Shown piece by piece: positions 40,991 to 51,022 of a stretch of 64,000 bases of DNA; positions within the stretch are counted from its first letter, which is position 1, and every line of letters starts with the position of its first letter. The translations under genes and the position numbers were made by a program. The notes under the pieces were generated by a model. It had not been told where the DNA came from. It did no database searches and saw nothing but the letters and a program-made list of their open reading frames with translations. Location of the stretch: positions 4,032,001 through 4,096,000 of the forward strand of contig CAVWVQ010000003.1 in NCBI GenBank assembly GCA_963758525.1, given 5' to 3'. The DNA is from an uncultured Phycisphaerales bacterium (GTDB taxonomy: Bacteria; Planctomycetota; Phycisphaerae; Tepidisphaerales; Tepidisphaeraceae).

Positions 40991-41961
40991 CGCGGCACCT
41001 CAACCTTGCTCATGATCGAGCGCAGGACTTCGGCTCGCGTTTCACCGGCGATTTCCGCCTCGGCGGTGAGCGTCATGCGGTGCCCCAGCACCGGATTGAG
41101 CATGGCCACGACGTCGTCCGGCGTCACAAAATCGCGTCCGTGCAACAGGGCTCGGGCCTTGGAACTGAGCAGAAGGAAGATCGATCCGCGCGGACTTGCG
41201 CCGACCAGCACCGATTCGTGCTCGCGCGTCGCTCGCACGAGCTTTACCACGTAATCGAGCACCGCCTCCTCCATCCGAACCCGCGCCAAGGCCGCCTGTA
41301 TGAGCCGCAGGTCCTCAATTTGCAAAACCGGGGTGATGGCGCCAGGGCCCAGTCGATCCGCAGGCTCTCCGCGATGCACTCGTTGGACCACCGCGCGCTC
41401 GGCCTCGATGTCCGGGTAAGTGATGGAAATCTTGAGGAGAAATCGGTCCTGCTGCGCTTCAGGCAGCGGATAAGTTCCTTCGAATTCGATCGGATTCTGC
41501 GTCGCGAACACGGTGAAGATCGGGGAGAGCTCGTGGCGAACGCCGTCGATTGTCGCGTGGCGTTCGCTCATGGCTTCCAGCAGGGCCGCCTGCGTCTTGG
41601 CCGGGGCGCGGTTGATCTCGTCGGCGAGCAGCAGATCAGTGAAGATCGGGCCGCTGTGCAGGCGGAACGTGCTGGTGTTAAATTCAAACACGTTGGTGCC
41701 GATGATGTCAGACGGCATGAGGTCGGGCGTGAATTGGATGCGCTTTACGCGACAGGAAATGGCCGCCGCAAGGGCGCGAATGGTGAGCGTCTTGGCGACG
41801 CCTGGGACGCCCTCGAGCAGGGCATGTCCGCCGCAGAGAATGGTCACCAGCACCTGTTCGATCACGGCATCCTGCCCGAGCACCACTTTCCCCAGCTCGG
41901 CGCGCAGCCGAGCCAGCAGGTCGGCAGCGCGAGCCAATTCATCGGGCAGAACGTCGGTCAC
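40987..41961 (-). CDS. MoxR-family AAA+ ATPase
   Basis: LEGVPGVAKT, RIQFTPDLMPSD, LADEINRAPAKTQAALLEAM and NPIEFEGTYPLPEAQ. Confidence 0.96.
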   Translation of the reverse strand: MTDVLPDELARAADLLARLRAELGKVVLGQDAVIEQVLVTILCGGHALLEGVPGVAKTLTIRALAAAISCRVKRIQFTPDLMPSDIIGTNVFEFNTSTFRLHSGPIFTDLLLADEINRAPAKTQAALLEAMSERHATIDGVRHELSPIFTVFATQNPIEFEGTYPLPEAQQDRFLLKISITYPDIEAERAVVQRVHRGEPADRLGPGAITPVLQIEDLRLIQAALARVRMEEAVLDYVVKLVRATREHESVLVGASPRGSIFLLLSSKARALLHGRDFVTPDDVVAMLNPVLGHRMTLTAEAEIAGETRAEVLRSIMSKVEVPR

Positions 41962-43328
41962 GTTGAAGCTCCCGCGAGAGTTGATGAGACAGGCTCAGCA
42001 CCTCGGCGAACGCCGCCAGTGCCTTGTTCGGACGCTTTGCCGATCGCGCTGCATTTCGCGGCCCGGCCTCTTTGAGGGTTTGCAGAACGTCAGCGGGAAT
42101 CGGCGCGCCGCACTCGGGGCATCTGCCGCTCTGGTTCATGGTCAGGTCGTACCCGCATTGCCGGCAACGGGGGCCGACCGCTGATTGCAGGTCTTCCAGG
42201 CGCTGCAGCAGTTGAGCCGCGGTATCACGCGGCTTGCCCTGCAATGCATTGGCGCGGGTCTCGATTTCGCGGGGCTGGCAGCGCATCGCTGCGCAAGGCG
42301 CCGATGCGCCTCGGTGCGCACCCGGTCGAGAACCACTGCCGGGCTCAATGCGCGGCTGTAGAGATAGCCAAGTGTCTGAATTTGCTCGATGCTCGATCGC
42401 TGCCGGGCGCCGGCGCCTCTTCGTTCCCTTGCAAACCGGATGTGCTCCACACGTACAAGATCATGACGAAGACGAGTTGGATCAAGACCGGCAGGAGGCC
42501 CACGTCTCGCAGGAAACCCATGACGGTCGCCTGACGCCCGATGCCATGAGACCATTCGTCAAAAATCACCGGCCCGTTACCGATCTCCGTCAGAAGAAAA
42601 TCCAGATTGGCAACGTCCCCCAGGGATTGATTCAGCGCCGGCGTGGTGCTGCCGACCACCACCAGTTTTCCCTTGCCGACGCGATATTCTCCCGCGACCA
42701 CTTCCCTGGCGTCGCTTTCCACCCACGCGATCGGCCGCCATGCCGCATTTTGCTTGTCGGCGAATGTCATCGGGATGCGCAGGGAAATCTCCGGACCGTC
42801 CGAATCGTCGGCACGGACCGCATGGCCAGGCAGCGACAATCGGGCGGTGGCCACCGAGCCGGGGGCATCGTCGGGGGGCTTGCCCTTCTCCTCAAACTCG
42901 TGGAGTTGTTGCAGTTGTTTCAACTCCGGCGCCTTGTCGACCTTAATCCCGAGCCGCTTCATGAGGTCGGTCTCTTCACGGGCAAGTTGAATGACAGTGT
43001 TCCCCTCAGCCATCCATTCGGCAAGCTCCGATGATTTGAGATGCAGCCCTTCAGAACCCAAAGAGGAACTCTCGTCAGGCAACACCTCGATCAGCACGCC
43101 ATGATCGCCGGCGTCGAGGCTCGGACGCTCCAGATTGCGCACCCTCACGCCGCGCCGCGCTAAAAGCTCCTGCAGCGCGGCGGTGCCGTACGGATCGTAC
43201 CGGGTGGAGGAGTAGATGGGATTGTCTTCTCCCGAGCGGGCACTGAAGGAAGCCGACCGATAGAAGGCGATCGTCCCGATAACGATTGCCGCCAGCGTCA
43301 ATCCCAAAGTCCAGCGCTGCCCTTTCAT
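41939..43328 (-). CDS. DUF4350-like membrane protein with C-terminal Zn ribbon; two frameshifts (~42400, ~42290)
   Basis: N-terminal TM, YSS...PYGT.AL, G.GKLVVV and IFDEWSHG. It continues in other frames to LGYLYSRA and CRQCGYDL....GRCPECG. Confidence 0.7.
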
Positions 43329-44128
43329 GCTGCTCTCCCGGCGCCGGTCAACTCCGCGACCTGCTGGCGAATCTCGTCCAGGTTTTCGTTGACGGCCATG
43401 AGCCTTCCGTACCAGACACGGTCAAACAGATCCGTCAAATTGCTGAACGTCGATCGCTCGCTGGCAGGCCCGCGGTATTGCGAAACGTAGAACCAATTGG
43501 TCTTGTTGCGGCTGTGCTCGATTTTCCCGGCGGCATGCAAGCCGGAAAGCAGCGCCAGATACAATGCGCGGTACACGGCGCGGAAGTTCTGCTGCATGGC
43601 AAGGCGGCGCGCCTCGTCCATCCATTCGCCTGATCCCAAGGCCAGCGCGTCGCCCGACTGCAGCGCCTCGTGAAGCAGTTCCCGGCTGAGGATCCTGGCC
43701 GTCGGTCCCTGGGGCGGGCCAGCCCTGAGCGATCGGATCAGAACTACCGCCATGACCGCCAGCGCCGCGGCTATGACCACGATCAACATCACTTTCAGCA
43801 CTCCCGGCAGCGAAGAGCCGTCTGCGCTTGCAGGCTGAGAGAAGTTCGCCCGACGTGGAGTGCCGCGGAAGAGGCTGTCAAGCCAACTGGTGAACGTGTC
43901 CCAGGCACCGCTCACACGATCGTCCCATGTTCGAGGCACCCTCATGTTCAAGTCGGGCAGATCTTCGTTCTGCTGCTGCTTCCACTGCTGAAAAGCCGGC
44001 TCCTGAAGAATCTGATCGAGCTGCCGATGCGGTTCCGGCGCATCGCTGCTGGCGGCCGCGCGTGGAGCCAGGCAAAGCAGATTCGAGAGCAAAAGAATGC
44101 CCAGCGAGACGTGTTTTGTCAGGTTCAT
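43325..44128 (-). CDS. DUF4129-like protein
   Basis: Signal peptide and TM, with C-terminal FRAVYRALYLALL, KTNWFY and FDRVWYG. Confidence 0.8.
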   Translation of the reverse strand: MNLTKHVSLGILLLSNLLCLAPRAAASSDAPEPHRQLDQILQEPAFQQWKQQQNEDLPDLNMRVPRTWDDRVSGAWDTFTSWLDSLFRGTPRRANFSQPASADGSSLPGVLKVMLIVVIAAALAVMAVVLIRSLRAGPPQGPTARILSRELLHEALQSGDALALGSGEWMDEARRLAMQQNFRAVYRALYLALLSGLHAAGKIEHSRNKTNWFYVSQYRGPASERSTFSNLTDLFDRVWYGRLMAVNENLDEIRQQVAELTGAGRAA

Positions 44129-44943
44129 GCGGCGGCTCCCCCGCTGATTGCCGCGAGGCGCGCCCGCAGGTCGGTGGCCATCCGTTGGGACCTCGAATCG
44201 TCATAGAGCACAACTGCAAGCACTGTCCAAAACAGATCCAGGGCCAGGAAGACGAAGTAGCACATGCCCAGTTGCCAGGCGGAGCTTCGGAGAGTCAGGC
44301 TTAGATTCGTGCTTTCGAATCCGAGCAGGGCGGGCAGCAGACGTTCGACGAGAAAATATTGCGTCACAAAGATCGCGATCGTCAGCACCAGCGCCAGCAA
44401 TGACATTGCCAGCATGACACGCAGCAGGCGTTTGCAGGCGTGGGTAATCCAGGAGATCGCTTTCCCCAGGCGGACCCCCGCCGGCTCGTCGCTCTCCAGC
44501 AGCAGCGGGGCGGCGAAGCTTCCGATAAAAAGTCCGACGAAGCCTGGCAAGATCAAAAAGCTTCCCCACGTGATCGCGACGTTGCTGAACAGCCTCAGAA
44601 TGAGAATGGGCGGCATCTTGCGCCACAAGCCCGTCGTACGATTGCCGCTCAGATCGGCCTGCACGCGGGATTGAATATTTGCCAGCCAGATCCACCGCCA
44701 CAGGGTGGATGCGACCAGCGCCATGCAGAGCGGTCGGAGCTGACCGCCGTGTTTCGCGGCGATCGCCTCGATCAGCATCAGGCTGACCGCCGCATGCGGC
44801 CCCATCGCCAGCGCATAAAGCGGGAGAACACGATCGACGTTGCTCCGCAGATATTCCGCCGCCGCGTCGAGCGGCGCCATCGACGATCCGCCAAATTCCA
44901 AAGTCTGCGTGGCTGGTGTCATGTGCATGGCGGTTGCGGTCAT
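44125..44943 (-). CDS. Hypothetical multi-pass membrane protein
   Basis: About six hydrophobic segments, with C-terminal LYDD.RS.R...DL as seen in MoxR-cluster membrane proteins. Confidence 0.75.
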   Translation of the reverse strand: MTATAMHMTPATQTLEFGGSSMAPLDAAAEYLRSNVDRVLPLYALAMGPHAAVSLMLIEAIAAKHGGQLRPLCMALVASTLWRWIWLANIQSRVQADLSGNRTTGLWRKMPPILILRLFSNVAITWGSFLILPGFVGLFIGSFAAPLLLESDEPAGVRLGKAISWITHACKRLLRVMLAMSLLALVLTIAIFVTQYFLVERLLPALLGFESTNLSLTLRSSAWQLGMCYFVFLALDLFWTVLAVVLYDDSRSQRMATDLRARLAAISGGAAA

Positions 44944-44953
44944 AACGAATGCC

Positions 44954-45244
44954 TCAGTGAAGCATTTCCATCAATGCTTCGGACGACAGCAGGTACGCCA
45001 GAAACATCAGATACACCGCGAGCGGCGTGCCGACCACCGCGGCAAGCGCCGTCATGGAGAATCGCCCTCGCTTCGGCTGGGATTCCTCGCGCTGCTTTCT
45101 GAGAAGCTCCAGACCTTCCCGGCTGTAGTTCACCCCCTCGTACCGCGTCGAGCACTCGCCGCAGATGGGCTTGCGCGTCATCACGCAGATTCCAATGGCC
45201 CACCGCCGCGGATGATTGACGCAAAATCGCTGCTCAATTGCCAT
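44954..45244 (-). CDS. Small B-box-like membrane protein
   Basis: CVNH.......CVMT....CGEC, with a C-terminal TM helix. Confidence 0.7.
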   Translation of the reverse strand: MAIEQRFCVNHPRRWAIGICVMTRKPICGECSTRYEGVNYSREGLELLRKQREESQPKRGRFSMTALAAVVGTPLAVYLMFLAYLLSSEALMEMLH

Positions 45245-45351
45245 GAGATTTCCCCGAGCCCGAGAGCTTAACCGGCGCGGAAGCGGATAGGAAGTTCAGA
45301 CCTTCCCGGGTTCCTGATCCGGTGCGTGACACTTCCAGCGAGGCTGGTCTC

Positions 45352-45383
45352 TCCCCCTCCCCTGGTATTACCGGGAGAGGGGG
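45352..45383. repeat. Half copy of CCCTCTCCC-type hairpin
   Basis: tccccctcccctggtattaccgggagagggg. Confidence 0.6.
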
Positions 45384-45460
45384 TAGCGCGCAGAGACGGT
45401 CGTGCGTGCCCGCGGATGCGGATCGGATGCCAATCCGATATGATTCCTGCAACGAAGATG

Positions 45461-45528
45461 GTAGGGCGGGATTCATCCCGCCGTTTTCTCTGCCCGCCAA
45501 CTTATCGGCGGGATGAATCCCGCCCTGC
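45461..45528. repeat. GTAG-type REP doublet
   Basis: gtagggcgggattcatcccgcc ... ggcgggatgaatcccgccctgc. Confidence 0.88.
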
Positions 45529-45581
45529 TCGGGGTGAATGATTCCTGCAATCAAGTGTTGTCAGCATCGTTGAGGAGCGCA

Positions 45582-47312
45582 ATGAAATCGTCGGATGCAG
45601 AGGGCGAATCCCCAGCGGGGGATTCAGGCAAGGAAGCCGGTGAGTCTGGCGGTCTGGACTTCGTCCGGCGGATCGTCACGGAAGATCTGAAGACCGGAAA
45701 GTGGGGGGGGCGAGTGGCGACGCGATTTCCGCCGGAGCCGAACGGGTATTTGCACATCGGGCATGCCAAGTCGATCTGTCTGAACTTTGGAATTGCCAAC
45801 GAGTTCGGCGGAACGTGCAACCTCCGCTATGACGACACCAACCCAGCCAGGGAAGAAGATGAATACGTCCGGTCCATCGACGACGACGTTCGCTGGCTTG
45901 GCTTCAACTGGGCAGGGAAGTATTACGCGTCAGATTATTTCGACCAGATGTACGACTGGGCGATGCAGCTTGTGAAAGCGGGCAAGGCGTATGTCGAGGA
46001 ATTGACCGCCGATCAGATCCGCGAATATCGCGGGACGCTGACAGCGCCGGGAAAGCCCAGCCCGTATCGCGATCGGCCGGTGGCGGACAATGTGCAACTG
46101 TTCGAGCGGATGCGCAAGGGAGAATTTCCCGACGGATCGAAGGTGCTGCGGGCCAAGATCGACATGGCTTCGCCCAACCTCAACCTGCGCGATCCGGTCA
46201 TGTATCGCATTCTGCATCAGCCGCATCACAATACCGGCGACAAGTGGTGCATCTATCCGATGTACGATTGGGCGCACGGCCTGGAAGACTCCATCGAGCA
46301 GATCACCCATTCCATCTGCACGCTAGAGTTCGAGAATCACCGTCCGCTCTACGACTGGTTTATCGATCAGCTTGGCATCCATCATCCGCAGCAGATCGAG
46401 TTCGCCCGGCTGAACCTGACCTACACGATGCTCAGCAAGCGCAAGCTGCTGGAGCTGGTGAAAGCCGGAACGGTCAGCGGCTGGGACGATCCGCGCATGC
46501 CGACGATCAGCGGCTTCCGCCGCCGAGGCTACACGCCCGAGGCGATCCGCGCCTTCTGCAAGCACATCGGCGTCAACAAGTTCAACAGCGCCGTTGAAAT
46601 CGGCATGCTGGAGAATTTTCTCCGCGAGGATTTGAACAAACGCGCAATGCGCGTGATGGGCGTGCTGCGTCCATTGAAGCTTGTGATTGACAATTATCCG
46701 CAAGATCAGGTGGAAGAGCTCGATGCGGTGAACAATCCCGAAGACCCCGCCGCCGGTTCGCGCAAGGTGCCATTTTCACGCGTGCTTTACATCGAACACG
46801 ATGATTTCCGCGAGACGCCGCCGCCGAAATTTTTCCGGCTGACGATTGGCAAGGAAGTTCGGCTGCGCTACGGCTATTTTGTCACCGCCGTGAGCGTCGT
46901 GAAGGATCCAAAGAGCGGCGAAGTTCTGGAAGTGCACTGCACTTACGATCCGAAAACGCGCGGCGGAGATTCACCCGACGGACGCAAGGTGAAGGGGACG
47001 ATTCACTGGGTTTCCGCTGGTCAGGCCATCGACGCCGAGGTTCGACTCTACGATCATCTCTTCACCAAACCCGATCCCGAAGACCTCGCTCCCGGCGAAG
47101 ATTGGACAGCCAATCTCAATCCCAAATCCCTGGAAGTATTGCCCGCTGCGAAACTCGAGCCAAGCGTGAAGTCCGCGACAGCGGGTACGAGCTTTCAGTT
47201 CGAGCGAATGGGTTACTTTTGCGTCGACAAAGAGAGCACTCCGCAGCATCTGGTGTTCAATCGTTCGGTTTCGCTGCGCGATTCGTGGGCGAAGATGGAG
47301 AAGGGGAAGTAG
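45582..47312 (+). CDS. glnS: Glutamine--tRNA ligase
   Basis: [41 protein letters not shown] and [17 protein letters not shown]. Confidence 0.97.
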   Translation: MKSSDAEGESPAGDSGKEAGESGGLDFVRRIVTEDLKTGKWGGRVATRFPPEPNGYLHIGHAKSICLNFGIANEFGGTCNLRYDDTNPAREEDEYVRSIDDDVRWLGFNWAGKYYASDYFDQMYDWAMQLVKAGKAYVEELTADQIREYRGTLTAPGKPSPYRDRPVADNVQLFERMRKGEFPDGSKVLRAKIDMASPNLNLRDPVMYRILHQPHHNTGDKWCIYPMYDWAHGLEDSIEQITHSICTLEFENHRPLYDWFIDQLGIHHPQQIEFARLNLTYTMLSKRKLLELVKAGTVSGWDDPRMPTISGFRRRGYTPEAIRAFCKHIGVNKFNSAVEIGMLENFLREDLNKRAMRVMGVLRPLKLVIDNYPQDQVEELDAVNNPEDPAAGSRKVPFSRVLYIEHDDFRETPPPKFFRLTIGKEVRLRYGYFVTAVSVVKDPKSGEVLEVHCTYDPKTRGGDSPDGRKVKGTIHWVSAGQAIDAEVRLYDHLFTKPDPEDLAPGEDWTANLNPKSLEVLPAAKLEPSVKSATAGTSFQFERMGYFCVDKESTPQHLVFNRSVSLRDSWAKMEKGK

Positions 47313-47566
47313 GGGAAGGAAGGGACGGTAGGGAAGGAAGGCACGCAGGGGAGGAAAGGCACGAAGGCACGGGGGGGAAGGAAGGCACGAAGGCACGGAG
47401 GCACGAAGGGAAGGACGCGGCTGAGGCCGCGAGATTGGCGGTTTGTTTGTAACGGTTCGTCATCTGACGTAATGCTTTTCAACGTGCGCATTGCACCAAC
47501 TCCGCCGCGCCAGCGTCCTCCCCTTCGTGCCTTCGTGCCTTCGTGCCTACGTGCCTACGTGCCTTC
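47313..47566. repeat. Inverted short-tandem-repeat cassette (GGCACGAA / TTCGTGCC) between convergent glnS and gltX
   Basis: ggaaggcacgaaggcacggaggcacgaagggaaggacgc (47380-47418) pairs with gcgtcctccccttcgtgccttcgtgccttcgtgcctacgtgcctacgtgccttcc (47513-47566). Confidence 0.9.
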
Positions 47567-49204
47567 CTGCGCTCCAGCCTTCTCCGCACATCGATCGATC
47601 CGCGCAAGCGTCGCCGACTTCCCGAGGAATTCGAGGGTTTCGAAGATGGGGGGGCTGACGGTGTTGCCGGCAATGGCGACGCGGATCGGCTGGGCGACTT
47701 TGCCGAGGCCGAGTTTTGCTTCGGCGCAGTAGGCTTTCACTGCCACCTCGATCTGGTCATGGGTCCAATTGTTGATTGCCGCGAGTATGTCCCGAACGTC
47801 GCGCAGCGCGTTCAGGCCTTGCGCATCGTTCTTCAGGAGCACCTTCGCGACGGCGTCGGGATCGAATTCGATTTGATCGTCCGGTACGAAGAAAAACCGT
47901 GTGAGATGATCGACCTCGCCAAGCGTGTGAAACCCCTTCTTCATCGTGATCAACTTCCCCAGGGCTTGATCATCAGCTCGATTCAACGGGGAATCGGGAT
48001 TCACACTGAGATAATCGCGCATCGCTGCGACGAGCCGATCGATCGACGCTGCGGCACAGGCTTCGGTGTTGAACGCGAGGAGCTTGTCGCGGGCGAACTT
48101 CGCGTTGCCGCGGTTGATACCCTCGATGGTGAAGAGGGAGATCAGTTCGTCGATGCTCATGCGCTCGCGGTCGCCGCCGGGGCTCCAGCCGAGGAGGGCG
48201 AGAAAGTTCAACAGGGCCTCGGGGAGATAGCCTTTCTTGCGAAAGTCGTGAACGAGGATCTCCGGAAGATCAGTTTCCTTCAGCCCAACGACGCGCATGA
48301 CCGCGGCTTGCTCGGTGAGGTCCAGTTGCTGCTGATTGTCCGCGAGCCACGCGGCGATTCGCAACGAGGCAATGCCAGCGGCCGCGGCCAGTTTGTCCGC
48401 GGTGCCGCCGGCGCTCTTAATCCATTGCTGGGCAGCTGCGCGAATCGCTTTGTCGCGGTCGCGCTTCCCCATCTTGCTGCCGTCCATGTTCTGAATGGTC
48501 GGCACGTGCCCATAAAGGGGCCGCGGGTAGCCGAGCGCCTCCTGCAGCGCGATGTGGTTGAACGTATTCTTTAAATGTTCCTGCCCGCGGAGGACGTGCG
48601 TCACCGCCATCTCGGCGTCGTCGACGACCACGGCGAAGTGATACGTCGGCATTCCGTCGGCTTTGCGAATGACAAAATCCTGGGCTTCTTCCGGAGGGAA
48701 AACGATTTCCCTGCCGAGCACCTCATCGCGGAAGCGGTATTCTTTCACCGGCATCGCAAACCGCACAACCGCTTGGCGATTCTCGGCGCGATATTGTGCG
48801 AGCTGCTCCTGCGAAACCGGACGACGGCGATAGATAAACGATCGCTTCGCGGCCTCGGCGGCGCGACGCTCGATGTTGATCTCCTCGCTGGTTTCGAATG
48901 CTTCATACGCCAGGCCGCGCGACATCAGATCGCCGAGGATCTGGTTGTACGTCGCCAGACGTTTGGATTGCTGCACGAGCGTCGGGTTGTCCCAGTGGAG
49001 CCCGAGCCAGCGGAGGTCTTCGAGAAGCTGCTGACACGCCTGGTCCGTGCTGCGGGCAAGATCGGTGTCTTCGATGCGGAGAAGAAATGTTCCGCCGGCA
49101 TGTCGCGCCAGCAGCCAGTTGAAGAGGGCCGTGCGGGCCCCGCCGACATGGAGGTAGCCGGTGGGGGAGGGAGCGAAGCGAGTGACAAAGCGTGCGTCGG
49201 GCAT
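47555..49204 (-). CDS. gltX: Glutamate--tRNA ligase
   Basis: TRFAPSPTGYLHVGG, LRIEDTD, TYHFAVVVDD, KMGKR, ALLNFLALLGW and SPPIF. Confidence 0.96.
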   Translation of the reverse strand: MPDARFVTRFAPSPTGYLHVGGARTALFNWLLARHAGGTFLLRIEDTDLARSTDQACQQLLEDLRWLGLHWDNPTLVQQSKRLATYNQILGDLMSRGLAYEAFETSEEINIERRAAEAAKRSFIYRRRPVSQEQLAQYRAENRQAVVRFAMPVKEYRFRDEVLGREIVFPPEEAQDFVIRKADGMPTYHFAVVVDDAEMAVTHVLRGQEHLKNTFNHIALQEALGYPRPLYGHVPTIQNMDGSKMGKRDRDKAIRAAAQQWIKSAGGTADKLAAAAGIASLRIAAWLADNQQQLDLTEQAAVMRVVGLKETDLPEILVHDFRKKGYLPEALLNFLALLGWSPGGDRERMSIDELISLFTIEGINRGNAKFARDKLLAFNTEACAAASIDRLVAAMRDYLSVNPDSPLNRADDQALGKLITMKKGFHTLGEVDHLTRFFFVPDDQIEFDPDAVAKVLLKNDAQGLNALRDVRDILAAINNWTHDQIEVAVKAYCAEAKLGLGKVAQPIRVAIAGNTVSPPIFETLEFLGKSATLARIDRCAEKAGAQEGT

Positions 49205-49304
49205 GCTATATGACCTTGCGCGATTACGCGCTTCCAAAAACCGTTTAGCGGCTGCTTTAAGGGCAGCATACTGCTCGCACGTGCGCGTGATCGCGCACGT
49301 TCAT

Positions 49305-50252
49305 TCAGGCGGAACCTTGAATGAGGGGGGCTGATCGAACCCGGCGTTGTCTGATCCGATACGCGATCACCCCAACAACGCCCCAGATGGCGTAAGCGAG
49401 CGTTCCGATTCCCAATGTATATCGGTGCGCGACGACCATCAGCAGAACTCCGCCGAGCACGGCCAGCACTCGCGCGATGGATCGCCGGCCGCGAAGGTAG
49501 CGATTGACCAGGTGCGGGTAGCGGATGGCGCTGACCATCAGCAACCCGGTGCCAAGCACGATCAACGGCAGCATCCAAACGCACACCGCCGAGATGATTC
49601 CGAATGTCGAATGCGGGTGGCTTGCGGATCGCTCCTCGAGGTCCTGCTGCATGAGCACGAACGCGGCAACAGCGCCCGCCGCTCCGGGGCTGGGCAGTCC
49701 CAGGAAGCTGAAGTGGTGCTGCTCGCCGTGCTCGTTGCTGACATTGAAACGCGCCAGCCGGATCAGCGCGCAGCTCACGTAGAGCGCACCCATGGCCCAG
49801 ACGAGGCGCGAGACCATCGGCAATTGCAGATCGGCGTGATACCAATGGAATAACTGGATGGACAAGAATGCGGGGGCCGTGCCAAAGCTGACAGCATCCG
49901 CCAGGCTGTCGAGCTGACCGCCGAAGTCGGTCGTGTGCCTCGCAAAACGCGCGAGACGCCCGTCGACTGCGTCAAAGATCATCGCGGCAAAGATCAGATA
50001 CGCGGCCGCGACAAACGTATGGTGGACGAAATAGAGGGTCCATGGATCGCGCGTGATGCTGTCGGTGCGGTAATCCAGCGTGGCGACATACATGGCTCCG
50101 AACCCGCACATCGCGTTCCCCAGCGTCGCAAGACTGGGCAGCGAATAGACGGAGCGAATGTACGCGCGTCGTCCGCGGCGGCGAATACGCAGCCGCCGCC
50201 GCTCGCGCGACGCCTCGTCCAGCGGCCTGCGCGGGCCGCGCAGTCGCCTCAT
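49305..50252 (-). CDS. pssA: CDP-diacylglycerol--serine O-phosphatidyltransferase
   Basis: LPSLATLGN, D..DGR.AR....FG.QLDSLAD.VSFG, RLARFN and FLGLPSP. Coupled to psd. Confidence 0.92.
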   Translation of the reverse strand: MRRLRGPRRPLDEASRERRRLRIRRRGRRAYIRSVYSLPSLATLGNAMCGFGAMYVATLDYRTDSITRDPWTLYFVHHTFVAAAYLIFAAMIFDAVDGRLARFARHTTDFGGQLDSLADAVSFGTAPAFLSIQLFHWYHADLQLPMVSRLVWAMGALYVSCALIRLARFNVSNEHGEQHHFSFLGLPSPGAAGAVAAFVLMQQDLEERSASHPHSTFGIISAVCVWMLPLIVLGTGLLMVSAIRYPHLVNRYLRGRRSIARVLAVLGGVLLMVVAHRYTLGIGTLAYAIWGVVGVIAYRIRQRRVRSAPLIQGSA

Positions 50253-50980
50253 GCGGGCGTCTCCCTCGGGGCGATGGCCTCAAATTCCGAGCCGTCCACG
50301 CGCTTCTCCACCGAGTGAATCGGATTGCCGAGCCGTGCGATAATATCCGCGCCGCCGCGCACCGCCTGGCCTTGTTTCACCAGAATTTCCGGATTGAGCC
50401 ACTTCGGAATCGAGAGCTCCGTGCGGCTTCCGAATTTGATCATTCCAATGCGCTGCCCGCGCTGCAGAAGGTCCCCTTCTTTGGCCGTGCAGATGATCCG
50501 CCGGGCGATCAGCCCGACGATCTGCTTCACCACCGCGACGGGCCGTCCGGTCGTCGGCTCCTCGAGGATGATGGTGTTCGATTCGTTGGTATCCGACGCT
50601 TCGTTGTGCCGCATCGCGTTGACGAATTTGCCTTGCTTGTACTTTGTTGCCCGCACCCGCGCATCGCACGGGCTGCGATTGATGTGGACGTTAAAAACCG
50701 AAAGGAAGATGCCGACCCGAATGGCCGACGTTCCCAGCAGCGGGTCGCTGTCGATCTCGGTAATATCCGAAACCACGCCATCGGCGGGGCTGACCATCAG
50801 ATGCTCTTCCACCGGAATGAGCCGCTCCGGGTCGCGAAAGAATGCAAAGAGCCAGATGAGCACGAAGAGCAGCGGAATCGCCAGCGGCCAGAATTTTATT
50901 CCCAGCACAACCGCCGTTCCCGCCAGAACCACCGACCCGATCAGCATCTCCCTCCAGCCGTGGCGTGTCACGCGAAGCAT
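50249..50980 (-). CDS. psd: Phosphatidylserine decarboxylase
   Basis: FFRDPER, SPADG, IFLSVFNVHINRSP, QIVGLIARRI and IKFGSR. Confidence 0.95.
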   Translation of the reverse strand: MLRVTRHGWREMLIGSVVLAGTAVVLGIKFWPLAIPLLFVLIWLFAFFRDPERLIPVEEHLMVSPADGVVSDITEIDSDPLLGTSAIRVGIFLSVFNVHINRSPCDARVRATKYKQGKFVNAMRHNEASDTNESNTIILEEPTTGRPVAVVKQIVGLIARRIICTAKEGDLLQRGQRIGMIKFGSRTELSIPKWLNPEILVKQGQAVRGGADIIARLGNPIHSVEKRVDGSEFEAIAPRETPA

Positions 50981-51022
50981 ACGCGCAAGCTAGACGGCGC
51001 GGGAGAGGTTGTCAACGCGGGA

